Positions 20,561 through 32,600 of a stretch of 33,000 nt of DNA are shown here, in pieces. Source of the stretch: Vicugna vicugna (lineage: Eukaryota); assembly GCA_013265495.1 (NCBI GenBank), contig MU060486.1:62001-95000 (forward strand), in the 5' to 3' direction. Position numbers and translations under genes: made by a program. Position 1 is the first letter of the stretch. Every line of letters starts with the position of its first letter. The notes beneath the pieces were generated by a model. It saw only the letters and a program-made list of their open reading frames with translations, did no database searches and was not told the DNA's origin.

Positions 20561-21674
20561 GCCTGAGTGTGGGGACCTGGTTCTGGAGCCAGGATGTGTG
20601 TTCTGCCCCAGGGAACCACCACCGCAGGACTGCACCGGGCGCACGGGGAACAGGTGTGCCCCAACAAGAGCATGGCAGGACACGTCTCTGGGGGGGTCAC
20701 AGAGCTGGCTCTCCGCAGGGCCCCCTCTCTCAGGCACGCCCCTCCTGGTCTCTGGGGTGGGACTGGTCCCCGGAAGGTGACAACAGAACAGAGTGAACGC
20801 CAGCAGGTGAGCTAGCGGTACTGCCTTGGTGGGGCCGAGACGTGGGCAGCGGCTGCTCCTGCAAGAGGCCAGCACCTCTGCCATCCGCTGCACGTCCCCC
20901 GACCGGGGTGGGCAAACAGGAGAGCACAGCATAGGAGGCAGGGGGACATTCGCATCCTCTTTAAGCCTCTGAAGGAGAAAAGGATTCAGCTGGATGACTC
21001 TAGGGTCCCTACAGCTCAAACATCCCCCCTTCCTGGACCCACCATCACCGTGGCCCCAGGAAAGCATGGGCTTTGTGGCCATCAGCGCCGAGGTTTCTCT
21101 TCTCTCCATCCCTGGACTCCTGCCCCCGGCCAGGGAGGCCTGCCCCTCAGTGAGACTGAGCCGTCTGAGCACACTGGGCAGAATGACTGGTGAAGACGTG
21201 CTGATCACGGATGAGGAGTGAGGCAGGGCCGCCGCTGGCCGTCAGCAGAGCTGTGAGTCCAAGCGCGATGTTGGTTACTCCGCCCTGTGGGTTCTCATTA
21301 ACTGTGAGAGATGCACAGTTGAGGGATGCTGGATTGTGCCGGGGAACCCACTAGGACAGCTCAGTCACTTCTGCGCACGTGCGGCCTGGCCGAGCAGGTG
21401 GCTCGGAGACGGCGAGCTGCTCTGAGGTGGCCACTCCTATCCTCCGTCCAGGAGAAGCGTCCCTGCGGCCCTCGCAGGGCTCACGCGGCAGAGTGGTGAG
21501 GGTGCCCGCAGCCTGAAGCGCAGGTCTCAAGCAGGGAGATGGGAGCAGCCTAGGATGGCCGCAGGGTCAGCCCGCGGGTCTCCCAGAGGAGAGAGGGCCG
21601 CTAAGCGGGCTCAACCCGCTGGGGCAGGAGTAGTTCTATGTTGGCCACACTGTTCAGATCCACCCAGCACATAT

Positions 21675-21984
21675 TGTGTTCATCTGGCTTCTCCAGAGAA
21701 GCAGAACCAGTGGGAAAGAGCTTCCTTTTAAGGAACTGGCTCACGGGGTTACAGGGACTGGCAAGTCCAAAATCCACAGGGCAGCCAGGCAGTGCAGGCC
21801 AGAGCTGGAGCCCTTTCTTCTTTGGGTCCTGAGGCCTTGGCCCGGCCCCACCCCCACTGCGGAAGATAATCCCTTCCACTTCTTTGCAGTCCACTGGTCG
21901 GAAACGTTAATCATACCTACAGCATCTCGACCAGCATTTGACTGGACAACCAGACACCACGTCGACACAAAAATTGATCATCAC
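21675..21984 (-). mobile_element. MLT2 (ERVL) solo LTR, internally deleted
   Basis: It starts tgtgttcatctggcttctccagagaagcagaacc, includes taaggaactggctcac...gactggcaagtcc and ends gtcgacacaaaaattgatcatcac. These match antisense MLT2 (tgtattagtcagggttctccagagaaacagaacc...taaggaattggctcac...gttgacacataaaattaaccatcaca). Confidence 0.8.
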
Positions 21985-22097
21985 CAAGAAAACAGTGGCA
22001 AACTAACCCGAGCTCAATCAGAAGAGGGGAGAACACCCACACGACCCTGTCATGTGAGAATTACCGTAGGATCCACGGATATGGTGACTTACCTAGC

Positions 22098-22455
22098 TCT
22101 GTGTCTCACCGAATCTAAGACACAATTATATTCCATTTATAATTTGATGTACAATTTATTAAGAAACAAAAGACTCCCAATTAACCAGACACAGTGCATT
22201 CCTACGGCATGGTTTAATTTTGTATTTGTTCGAAGAGCTGTTGAGGCTCCCCATGGCAGAGTCTTTTATTGTATTCTGCTCTTTCACGTGTATGAAAAGA
22301 AAACAGTTCCACAAGTTGGCTAAGATAGTCTTAAAACGTCTTCCCAGTCGGGACCCAGCTCTGCTGACTCTGCGCCAGTGATCAGGGTCACCCACGAAGT
22401 CATCTGTGCAGTCACAGCCTCGGCTGGGGCATCGCTTTTACAGGAAACGATGTAA
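22098..22455. mobile_element. Tigger13a-like TcMar-Tigger (pogo) DNA transposon fragment with one terminal repeat
   Basis: The left end ctgtgtctcaccgaatctaagac resembles the Tigger13a TIR (ctgtatttcatcgaatctaagatg) and is followed by a collinear AT-rich body. The minus strand at about 22397-22453 encodes a decayed pogo transposase C-terminal motif (HRFL*KRCPSRGCDCTDD versus HSFKKCCITNALDGTEDD). It may extend to about 22560. Confidence 0.65.
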
Positions 22456-25400
22456 GAACCAAAAGCCTTGGATGCTTGGGAGCTGGTGTGTGATCAGGCA
22501 GAGCTGGCTGACTTGGACTCTCGCTGTGGGAAGTTACGACTCATGCCTGACCCTGCGTCCCCACTGCAGTTTGGTTGCCACCTGCATTGTCCTCGGAGTG
22601 CTTTTCTGCAGGTTGGAGGCTGAAGCCTGGGCATCTGTGCACCTGCCAGCAGCGAGCACAGTGTCAGGACTCCCAGCGGAAGCCACCGTGAGACGCTGTG
22701 GCGCAGTCCCATGGGTGTGCACAGGCGCTGAAACTTGGGGAGACGGAACACACCCACAGCAGGTAAATCCTGGCCCGTGTGACGTGGCAATGACTGCCTT
22801 ACGAGCTATACATTTAATTCGGGGCCATGATGAGGACTGGAGGGCTGGCTAGGGGGCAGGTGTGCCCGCCACCACACTGGTGTCTGGGCAGAGCCCCCAG
22901 AGGCGGCACAGGGCTGAACAAGGCACCTGTGAGGAGTCACACCCACCACACCCGTCTGAGACCAGCCCCACTAACACGTGTTTGTGGATTTTCCCACTCC
23001 AGGCCCGGGGGGCCTCTGACGAGGAGATGAGCCCCTCCCCAAATACGGGAGTGCTTTACGTCTGGAGAAGAGAAAGAAAGTCAACTGACAAAACATCACT
23101 AATGTTTGCTTCCCTGGATGAACACTGTGAAATCCTTATCGATCTTAATCGGGCAGCTGGACAAATAGATCTTTCGGAAAGTGGCCTTTTAGAAATTTGC
23201 TCAGATTGTGTCATCAGATACAACGTTTATCTTCCATTCACATCACAAGGTCGCCTCCCTCCAACCGCGCTGACCGCAGAGACCTCCTGGAGGGGCGTCG
23301 GACTGCACATTCACAGGATCAGAGCCTGTGACGATGCCAAGAAAGCAGGGAGGGTCTGCAGCCCCGGTGCCTGTGGGGAACAGTGACTAGAGGGCTGTGT
23401 ATCTCAGGGCGTTGGAAGACAGCAGGGGTCCCTGAGAACGAGCAGCCCTGCCCTGCAGTGAGACCAGTGAGAGGCTGCCCTGCGGGTGACACACCACAGC
23501 GTACAGACTCTTACACCATGCTCCTTGCGTGTTGGCCTTTGGTGGGGAGGGTGGTCCCTGATCCATTGCGGACATCCTGCAGGAGCCCCTGGCGGTGGGC
23601 ACTGTGCTGGAACAGCCACCCCCTTTCTCCGTCTCACCCGCGCACAGCCACCAGGAGCCCCAGCTTCACCAACATCTTTCAAAGGCCTGACCGCCCGCCC
23701 TCCCCTGAGTACACACAGTTTCTGTTGTCCCGTGTTGAGAGTACTGTGTCCCCATGGTCTCGAGCAAGAGTCACCACCCCTGACACCTCTGCCTCCTCTG
23801 ACTGCCCCGCGCTGGTCCCCGGAGGTCCAGGCTGAGTCAGACGCCCGGCTTTGACTGCGGGTGAGTCACCCTGTCCTCAGACCTTCAACCTCCTCACCTG
23901 TGAGGTCAGACACACGGATGTGCCCTTATCTTTAGGCTCTCAACAGTGTCCGGGACTAAAGGACGTTGCTGGTGTTAGCGGTCACTGTGTGGGCGTGAAT
24001 CAGCATCACCTCCACCACCGTCACTTTGTCCCATGGAAGGCACGCCTCATCGCAGAGGCAGGCCCTGCAGGACCATGACCTAACGAAGGAACTGCAGGGA
24101 GCACGTCAGTGTCCGGGTCCCGTTTTCCAGGTCGGCTATTTGGATGAAGTGTGAGTGTCTAGAGGAGCCGGCAGCCTGGGTGCTCTGTCCAGCAGGGAGG
24201 CAGGGCTCTCCGTGCGGCACCTGCAGCCCCAGCATTCCTCGTGGGAGGTCCACACCACATCGCCAGGACCCGGGCAACCCCTTCCTCTGCTGCCCGGAGT
24301 CCTCTGCCCTCCCCGCCTTCTCCCCGCCTTCTCCCCTACCTCTCACCTGCTCCAGTGGCTCGCGCCTTCCCTCTTCTGCGGTCGGAGTCCAGAGTCACAG
24401 CACGACAGGCTTTGTTCTATCAAGGTTTGGAGCAGGGATGCCTGGACCAGGGTGAAGGGACGTGGGGAGGGACACAGGCCAAGAGGTGCTGCTGAGCTGC
24501 TGGGGCTCCGTCCTGTTTGCCTGTGGACGTGCAGTGGAACTGCCCCCGAGGGCTAGGGGAGGGCATTAGGGGCTCATGTTCCAGCACAGCCCGCGCATCA
24601 GAGCCGTCCAGAGGAGAGCCCGCTGCTCGGATGGGACACACGCGGCCACAGTTTCAAAGTGCTTGACACAAAAAAGCCAATGGAGCTGTTCAAACCATCA
24701 CAGGAGACGCCAGCACCACCTCTGTCAGGAAGGAGCAGGAAGGCCCTGAGCCTTTGAACAGTTTCCACTGTTGTGAGTTCCTAAGCGGTTGTAAACGAAT
24801 GGTTTTAAAACTTTCATCAGCTACTTGCATGGACAGAGTTTCCAGTTACTGGTGCCTATTGGGTGCTTGAACAGATTACCCCTACGTCTGCGGCAGGCGT
24901 GGCTTGGTAGCCATTTCACGCATCAAAACTGAAACACATACAGTTGTGCCCAGGAAGGCCAACTCAACGTCCTCATTTACCCATTTTTATGGATTTCTGG
25001 AACTCTTACACAAATGCACTATTTAATGTCGTTCTTTGAATTGCACGTTTCACAACTTCTCACCAGCCTTCAGCAGCACAGACGGAATGTGGTGACTGTC
25101 TCCTCGAGTCCCATGCAGACGCCCCCGGGTGCCCCCAGCTGTCCAGGGCACCACTCAACACTAGCCTTGTGCAAGTTCAGGAAGTGTCGTGGGAAGGAAC
25201 CAAGGAGAAGGCCAGGCTTCCCAGCGAGGCTCTGCATCCGAGGAGCAGACAGCTGCCAACAGGGCGGGGTCCTGAGGAGGCGTGGGAGAGGGGGACAAGA
25301 CCCCGAGCTGCAGTTCGGGCAGCTGGGGTCCAGCCCGGACAAGTGGGCAGGGGGCCTGGGGTGGGGGTGTTTAGCCCCCAGGAGCCCAGGCTTCAGGTGA

Positions 25401-25744
25401 AGGTCTGCAAGGCCGACCGTGTTTACCTGTCTCTTCCTCCCCCTCCCAGGGGCGCCCCAGAGACACCCCTCCAGAGACACTACCCGCGTCCCACGGACAC
25501 AAGATGTTTCCATTTTAGAAACGCTCCCCCTCGTCCCAGATTTCAGTCACCTGGGATGTCGCTGTATCCCCTGTTCTGACCGGGACCGCGATGTCCCTCA
25601 GCCTTGAAAACCACCCACTCAGACACCAAGCAGACCCGGGGACGACGGGCTGGTGACGCACCACCCAGTGGGAAAGCTCTGTGCCCCACATGGGCTCCTC
25701 CTGCTCTGGCCCTGACCAGCTGCGGGACCGCTGGCCACACATGT

Positions 25745-25832
25745 GCCTTTTCTGAGCTCAGATTCCTAATTTGTGAAATGAGGAGGTTTTACTAGGTGAT
25801 CTATAAAGTACCTTCCAGACCTGCCATTTTCC
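25745..25832 (+). mobile_element. MIR3 SINE fragment
   Basis: ttctgagctcagattcctaatttgtgaaatgaggaggttttactaggtgatctataaagtaccttccagacctgccattttc matches the MIR3 3' end (ggactagatgatctctaaggtcccttccagctctaacattct). Confidence 0.75.
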
Positions 25833-26892
25833 ACTCCCGACATGAGCAACACCCGAAGACGTCCTATTACTGATCAGAATCACTGGAATGCAATTCCCCT
25901 GACAGCAGCTATAGCTGCACTGTTCACGGCTGTGTTCCTGGGGCTGAAAGCAAATCTGGGCGTAGAGTAGGGGCTCGACACATACTGGAGGGATGGAGGG
26001 GCAAAGAGAGAGACGGATGGAGGGAGGGACTTGCTTTCTAGGAACCTGCTGAACTCAAAGGCTTTGTTAAGGCTTTGTAAAGGCCACTCATTCGAAGGGG
26101 AAAAAATGAGCAGCATGAGGGGAATTAGCCCACAGTTCCCGAAGTGACTCAGCGGCAGCACATTTCACGCCAGGCCTGCACTGGGAAAAGCACGCTGGGA
26201 GGCCGGGGCTGGGGGAAGGCGCCACGGCCCTGGGCCGGGGACGCTGTGGGTTCTCGCCCGTCCAGTCTCGGAAGGCTGCTGCAAGGAGCCAAGACGTAAA
26301 ACCCTGTTTTCCTGTTTGGAAAATGAACCCGGTGCTGGGAGAGGAGCAGGAGGGGCGTCCTCCCCAAGGAAGCGCTCGAGGTGGAACTGAGGCCAGGCCA
26401 GGCGGCGGGCCGAGGAGGCCGCTCCTGGAGCGCACAGCCCCTCTGTGGCCTTGACGGAGTGGGAACACTGCAGCCTTGGCCGGCTCTGCTGAGATGTGCT
26501 CCTCAGGCCCCTGGCGAGTCCCGCAGCCCCCACCACTGACGCCAGTCCGCCCCACGTGCTCTCGAGGCCGCCAGCTTGTGTCTCACCTCCAGCGGGGATT
26601 CCGGCCCAGCCTGGGGGTCCCCTTCTCTTCCACCCCCAGGGCTGATCCAGGAAACCAGACCCTGTGGCGCCAGGCCTGGACAAAGCCCTCAGAGGACAGA
26701 ACTGTCCACCCCACAGACAGAGAGGCCAGAGGTGCTTCCCCCCAACTCAGACCACTGTTCCCGACACGCGCCCCTCCCCACCCTGCCCTGCCTGCCATCT
26801 CCTCCCTGCTTCTTTGTTGTTCTTCTTGTCCTCAAAACCATCCAGGTACCACATGTTTTCCTTTTTTACAGTCCGTCTGAGTCTAACTGTAA

Positions 26893-26996
26893 CCCCAGTG
26901 AACGTGCACTCAGTAAACACCTGTGAAACCTTATCATTCATTCAAAACAATGTTTACGCATTTACTGTGGGGTCCACTGGGCAACTCAGGCCTGGG
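26893..26996. mobile_element. Two L2-type 3' tails in opposite orientation (tail to tail)
   Basis: gcactcagtaaacacctgtgaa (sense tail) is immediately followed by tcattcattcaaaacaatgtttacgcatttactgtg (antisense tail). Confidence 0.5.
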
Positions 26997-28561
26997 AGGC
27001 CCATCCACTTCCTGGTCTGTGGACCAGCCCATGAGGTGGAGGCCCTGGGCATGGCTGGAGCAGGACTACAGAGACCAGGGCAATCCCTCAAAGATGGACA
27101 TCAGGGGAGGTGGACGCAGGACCAGAGGATGACAGGATGCGGAGGCAGGCGCTGGTCCAGGCAAGTGCACAGCATCACCACCTCATCACCCCGTGACCTG
27201 ATGGCATCATGGGCCACCACACGCACTGCCCCCCAACCCCCGCCTTGACAGCCACGTCCTGGACACAGGACCCTCCTCCTCCAGGCGGGGCCAGCAGGCA
27301 TGTGATGAATCTGGGATTCTCCAAAACCAGATCAGAGAGCAGCCTGTCCTGCCCAGAAGTGGGTCAGCCCATCAGAGGCCGTCAGCCATGGGCCACCCGT
27401 CAGCGAGGAGCTGGTCCCCACGTCCCCTGCCCTGCCCACCAGGAGCCTGTGGAAGAGTCGGAGCCCATGGTTGGCAGTGGCTGCCACACCCCGCGCCCCT
27501 GTCACTGAGCAGGCCCGACCCAATGGGAAGGAGCACATGTGTCGCCTTTCCTGAGAGCGTCTGGCCACTTGGCTCCAAAACCCGCATTCCTTCTCCTGGA
27601 GACACAGAACGCGGCTAAAACGAAAGCAGTTAACTGAGGCCTTTTACTGCCACCAACGTGCTCTCTCTCTGTGGGACCAAGTCAGTTATTTCCTGGCGCA
27701 GAAAGCAGGCTGCCCTCATGGCAGAGCGGCCTCCTCTAGATGGCCCTCGAGGTGAGCACCCCTGTGGGTATCGGAAGCCCAAGTCTGAGTCCAAGTCGGG
27801 GACACATGTGCATCTGTGGTGCCGCCCTGCCCAGCTGAGAAGGGCTGTCACCCTGCCTGAGCTCACTGTCACTTTCTTACCTGGGGGGCTGGTCAGGGAA
27901 CCTTCCTCCTGCTGCACTCAGGATAGCAAGGGGCAGAGGAACCCACCGGACTCAGCCCGCGCTAATCTTTGCCACAGGTGGATGGCTTTGAGGACATTAG
28001 TGAGAGAAAAGGCAGTGCCAACATCAGGCTGTGCCCCAGGGTGTCCGGGGCGTCCTCAGCCCCGCAGTACCCCACCTCCCAGCCCAGCCACCAGGCAGCG
28101 AGCACACGGTCTCGGGAGGGAATTAGCATCAACTAGACAGGACTGCTGGAGTGCTTCCGGTCACCCGCACACTGCGGGGTCTGGGAGGAACTTACGTGTT
28201 AGCGTCCACGTTCTCAAGGGTGTGTGGACAAACCAGCCGGGAAAACAAGCCCCACTCACAGGACACACATAGCTCGGGGACCACACACAGGCGTCGAGGG
28301 GACAGCTCTAACAGTAGGTCCTTGGGACCAGAGGACGCAGACGCCCTGGCAAGCTGAGTCAGGAAGAAGAAGGCTTCCTGGGGGCTGGAGATGCCAGGAG
28401 TCAGCGGCCCTCCCGCGGGTGGGAGGAGAGGCCTGGGGGTGGTGTCAAACCCTGCCTGGAGCAGCGACCCACACAAACCAAGTGCAGGAACCAGAGGGTG
28501 AGCCAGTAAGCAGTCCCACCCAGCCCACCTTGCCCCCGCACCTCAGCCACACTCGCTGTGT

Positions 28562-28730
28562 CAAAGCACTTTTCAGGTCCTAAGTCAAAATTAAACCCAC
28601 AACCCTGTCTTATATCCATCTTACATGTGAGAAAACTGAGGCCCAGAGAGGGTGAGTGTCTGGGCCAAGGTCACACAGCCACTAACGGTTGGAGCTGGGT
28701 TCTAAACTCAGGGAGTCTGGCTCCAGAATG
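28562..28730 (-). mobile_element. MIR SINE fragment
   Basis: ccatcttacatgtgagaaaactgaggcccagagagggtgag...ccaaggtcacacagcc...gagctggg...gtctggctccaga is a clear antisense MIR. Confidence 0.9.
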
Positions 28731-29504
28731 CACCAAATTATTTATCTCTCCCAGAGCCTTCCTTTCTTCAGAAGTGCTACCTCCCTAATTATCACCAACT
28801 GTGGCAGCAACGCCCACTGAGCTGTCACAGAAAACAGTTCCTCTTGCCCAGCCCCAGCCCCCTTTCCTTCTAGCCCCATCCCTGGGTTGGGCATCTGCTC
28901 CCCTGCTGGTTGGTCAGTACCTGGGGCTGAAGCTTGTGCACTCAGCCCACCCCAGCACCCCCCTTAGGCCCCCTGGGACCCCCACCCAGCAACGGTAAGA
29001 TTCATACCTGAAAAGCCCCCATTTCTAGCCGCTGTGACACACGGCATCTGGCAGACGGACGCTGGCGGTGTCCAGAGGGTGCAACTGCTTATCCCTCCTG
29101 AGTGAAACGGGGTCCCACGTGCTCTGGGGTGACCCAGAGGACATGGCCTGGGGTAGGTCCGAGCGGCCATGGCCCGGGGGGTCAGACCTGGGGGAGGACA
29201 CGGCCCGCAGAGCCAGCTCCACATCTGTCTCGGTGCCTCCACAGGTCCTTCCCTGGATGCTGAAAACGTGGGACCTTCGGCTGGTGACAGTTTTGATGAG
29301 CTGCACTGAAAACCTGTAAAGAAGTTTGAGATTTAACGTGACCAACTGCCTAACTGCTTCTCTTCACGTGTCTGTGAAAGTAACGTCCTCAAAGCAGAGC
29401 CTTGGGACCATCAGTCTGCCTGCCGCCTGCAGGGAGCCTGGCCTGGAGGTGTGGCCAGAGGGCCTGAGTCAGGGCTGACCCCGGGGGAAAGACGGGCAGG
29501 AAGC

Positions 29505-29695
29505 TGGACATGAGACAGGAGGGACGTGGGTGAGGCCAGAGGAGTCAACGGTGGCTCCAGGATTTGGGAGGTGACCGGGAGAGTGGAGACGCCAGAAATC
29601 ACAGGAAAGTTAGAAGGTGACGGGTTCTGTGTTGAAAATGAAGAGTCAACAGACAGGCCAGCCTGGAACTTAGGAGGGAGGAAGATCCAGGGTCT
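29505..29695 (-). mobile_element. L2 LINE internal fragment
   Basis: ggacgtgggtgaggccagaggagtcaacggtggctccaggattt and gcctggaacttaggagggagg resemble antisense L2 (gagggaggagtcaaggatgactcccaggttt; gtctggagctcaggagagagg). Confidence 0.55.
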
Positions 29696-32600
29696 GCCCT
29701 TCGTCAGAGGGTGGGGTTCATGCCTCAGTCCCCCAGCATCTTCAGAGCTTGAGGCTTCGTGCAAAGGTAAGGAGTGTGAAGTTGCAGGGAGGGGATGAGC
29801 AACCCCCACGGGGAGCACACGAAGAACAGGGGTGGCCCTGGGCAGCCCACCCTTGGGAGACCGGAGGGGAAAGTGAGCCAGGAACTGCCCTCGGCCACGA
29901 GCTTCACCCTCCGCGGGCCCCTGCGATGGACAGCGAAGCCCACAGGAGCACCCCTGGGGGTCCCACCTGGGACTTGGCGGAGGCCATCCGGTGACACGCC
30001 AAGACAGAAAGGCAGCAGAGAGGGATGACTCAGTCTTCCTCTCTGACCCCACACAGGGGCCTGTGGGCCGCCAGGTCGGGAGCAGGGCTGGCGCTTGTCC
30101 CCGGGGTGGGCGGCCTCCTCGCCTGCCCTCAGGCCCGGGGTCCCTGCCTCTTGAGGACTGGGTCGGGGTCCACCTGTGAAGTACATCTTACTTCTATTTC
30201 TTTCTCATCCTTTCCTTAAACTCGTCCTCAGGACAGACACATGCCCATCACCCCTCTACACACCACCTGGGGGAAGCAGGAGAGGTCCCTGCAGCAAACC
30301 ACAGAGCTGGGGGGTGTTGGAGGGGGAGGTCCCACAGGCATTTTCCAGAAGCTTCCAGCCTGCCTCTCCCCCACAACCCCCCAAACAGACCGCAGATCTC
30401 TGGAGTCAGACCATTCACAAAGGCACCTTGGGCTCTCTAATGCGGCTTTGGTGCTGCAGCAAAGAGCGGAAAAGGCCTAGGGGAAAATGCAGAGAGATTG
30501 GATCCAGCTTTCTTATCTCTGGGTGATTTGAGAAGCCCACTGCCACCCAGAGGTCAAGACTTCAAATTCCTGGGGCTGTCGAGCCTGAACCTCCCAACCC
30601 AGGTAGGAGAGGAAGCCCTCCCTGACCCCACAGGGGTGGCTGTGCTGACATGGCCCCTGACCCGGGCTCACAACCCAGTCCTGGTCACCAAAGGCAGGGC
30701 TTTGTATTCCACGTTCTGTGGAATCTCAGAGGTGGTTCAGAATATGCCAGCCAGAAAAGTCCCTCCAAATGCCACGCTAGCTTCCCCAGAACCAGGGTTA
30801 CTCTGCCCGCCAGTGGGTTCGCAGGGGTGTGGGCAACTTCCCGGAGGACACTGCACCCTCAGAGCAGGATGGCCAATAGGGACGGGCTTCACCATGTGAC
30901 CAGGGCCTCAAGGAAGCAGGCGCTCAGGAAGGTGAAACGAGTTTTCCAGGAAATAGGGCAGCCCATGCTCCCGCCCAGAGCTGTGCAACCCTGGAGCCCG
31001 CATGGAAGGGGCGGGCCCAGGAATACAGAAAGCGGTCTGGCCAAAGGGGCTGGGGAGACCTAGCACTGCCTCCTACCCTGCGTAGAGGCTGCAGGACTCT
31101 GTGCCCCCAGGCCCCCGTCCCACAACCTGGCTCAGGAGTCAGCCCAGCAGGCCCAAGAAGGAGCGGGTCCATCCCCACCAGGCTTCCCAGAATCTCCCCT
31201 GACACCAAGCGGACGTTATGTCATCCATTTCTCTCCGCAGGATGCTGGGTTTGGTAGAAGAAGAAACCGTGTGGGTTGAGAAACCCAGTCCCATTCCGCC
31301 CACCCTCGCCACTGGCTCCTTGAGGGAGATCAGAGGCCTCCCTGTGTCTCTGCTCTACGCTCCCACCCTCGGGTGATGGCTGCTGCCTGTCCTCTCTCCC
31401 CATCCCCCCACCCCCGGAGGGGCCCTGGATCTACCGCAGGTCCTTCGCAGCTGTCCCTCCCCCTAAGCCTTCTGCCAGAGCAGCAGGACCCAAACCCGTT
31501 GTGCGAGGACCTTCCCAAGAGCCAGGACTGGGGTCCACTGAGCAGAGCCTGGGGGCCAGGACTGCCTTCGGGAACCTGTGCCACCTCACCTTAGCCCACG
31601 GCCAGGCACACAGCTGAGGCGCTGCGTGTCGAGGATGGAGGAGATGGCGGGGGGACCCTCTCCAGCAGAACCTGCCCTGTCAGGGAGGCGGGGCTCTGTC
31701 TCCGTGGCAAATTATCATCTCCGAGCCACGCTTCTCTCTAGAGTTGGGATCAAAGGACATGGACAGAAATCGTCAGGATGAGCACAGTCAGTCGGACAGC
31801 ACAGCTCTGCTGAGCTGGAGTTTTGGGGGTTTGGTTTTGTTTTCTTTTCTCCTTGCTGAGATGTTTGGTAGAACAGCTGCGGGCACAGTCAGCGCCTTCC
31901 ACCAAGAAGTCGGGAGGGGACGGCGGAGCCTCCTGTCCAAAGTGCCCCAAGCCACCAAACTGGTGTTGGGCCCAGCACCCAGACCTCAGTCTTTGGAGGG
32001 GTCCCCAGCGGGTCACTGGTCCCAGGATTGCTCAGGCACTTTGGTGGCTCCTGGAATCCTGTCTCCAGGGTCCACACGGGCCGGTGGGCAGACGGCCCAC
32101 AGACCTTGACTCTGCTCCTGCAGGGTGACGGCCTATGTGCAAGTCCTACCTCCTGCGAGGGAGCCTCGTGAAAGCACCCCGACTGGGACGCAGCTGGACG
32201 CCAGCCATAGCACCAACCCCCAGATGCAGGCAAGGGCCGCATCAGAATCCCATTGCCTTGGCTTCTTCCCCTGTGAATAGGGGCGGCTCCAGAAGGGGCT
32301 TCTCCCACCAGGGTGAGAAAGGGACCAAGCACCTGCCTCTCTCCAACAGCCTCTGTCAGGCAGGCAGTGCTGAACGAGAATGTCAGTAATGATGTTACCC
32401 GTACATATACTGCCGCCAATAAAGTGTTTCCTATTCAGAAAGCAACTGTTACGTGCACGGCACTCTGCGCCGCACGAAATAAAGCACAACGCAGCCAACC
32501 CTATGACCTACGGCTCAGTCAAGCTCACAGCGCAGGTGCGCTCACTCACGCCCGCCCTCAGCGTCCATCGCACCATCACCGTCAGGCCCTGGCGCTGAGC

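Noticed and set aside
20522-21208. 228-aa minus-strand ORF
   Set aside because: Its Gly/Pro/Arg/Ser-rich composition is typical of non-coding GC-rich DNA and no homology is recognised.
21676-22323. 215-aa ORF
   Set aside because: It is a chance read-through of an antisense MLT2 LTR and the Tigger13a-like terminus, not a transposase or retroviral protein frame.
22481-22501. miR-138-like sequence AGCTGGTGTGTGATCAGGCAG
   Set aside because: It differs from miR-138 by two deletions and a mismatch, has no complementary star arm or pre-miRNA hairpin, and lies at the edge of the Tigger-like fossil.
25345-25367. Canonical G4 motif (and others, e.g. about 15474-15500)
   Set aside because: The pattern is real but ubiquitous in GC-rich mammalian DNA, and nothing links it to a function here.
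25905-25918. 14-bp palindrome GCAGCTATAGCTGC (also GGGCCCCGGGGCCC at 15662-15675)
   Set aside because: About two perfect 14-bp palindromes are expected by chance in 33 kb, and neither matches a known motif.
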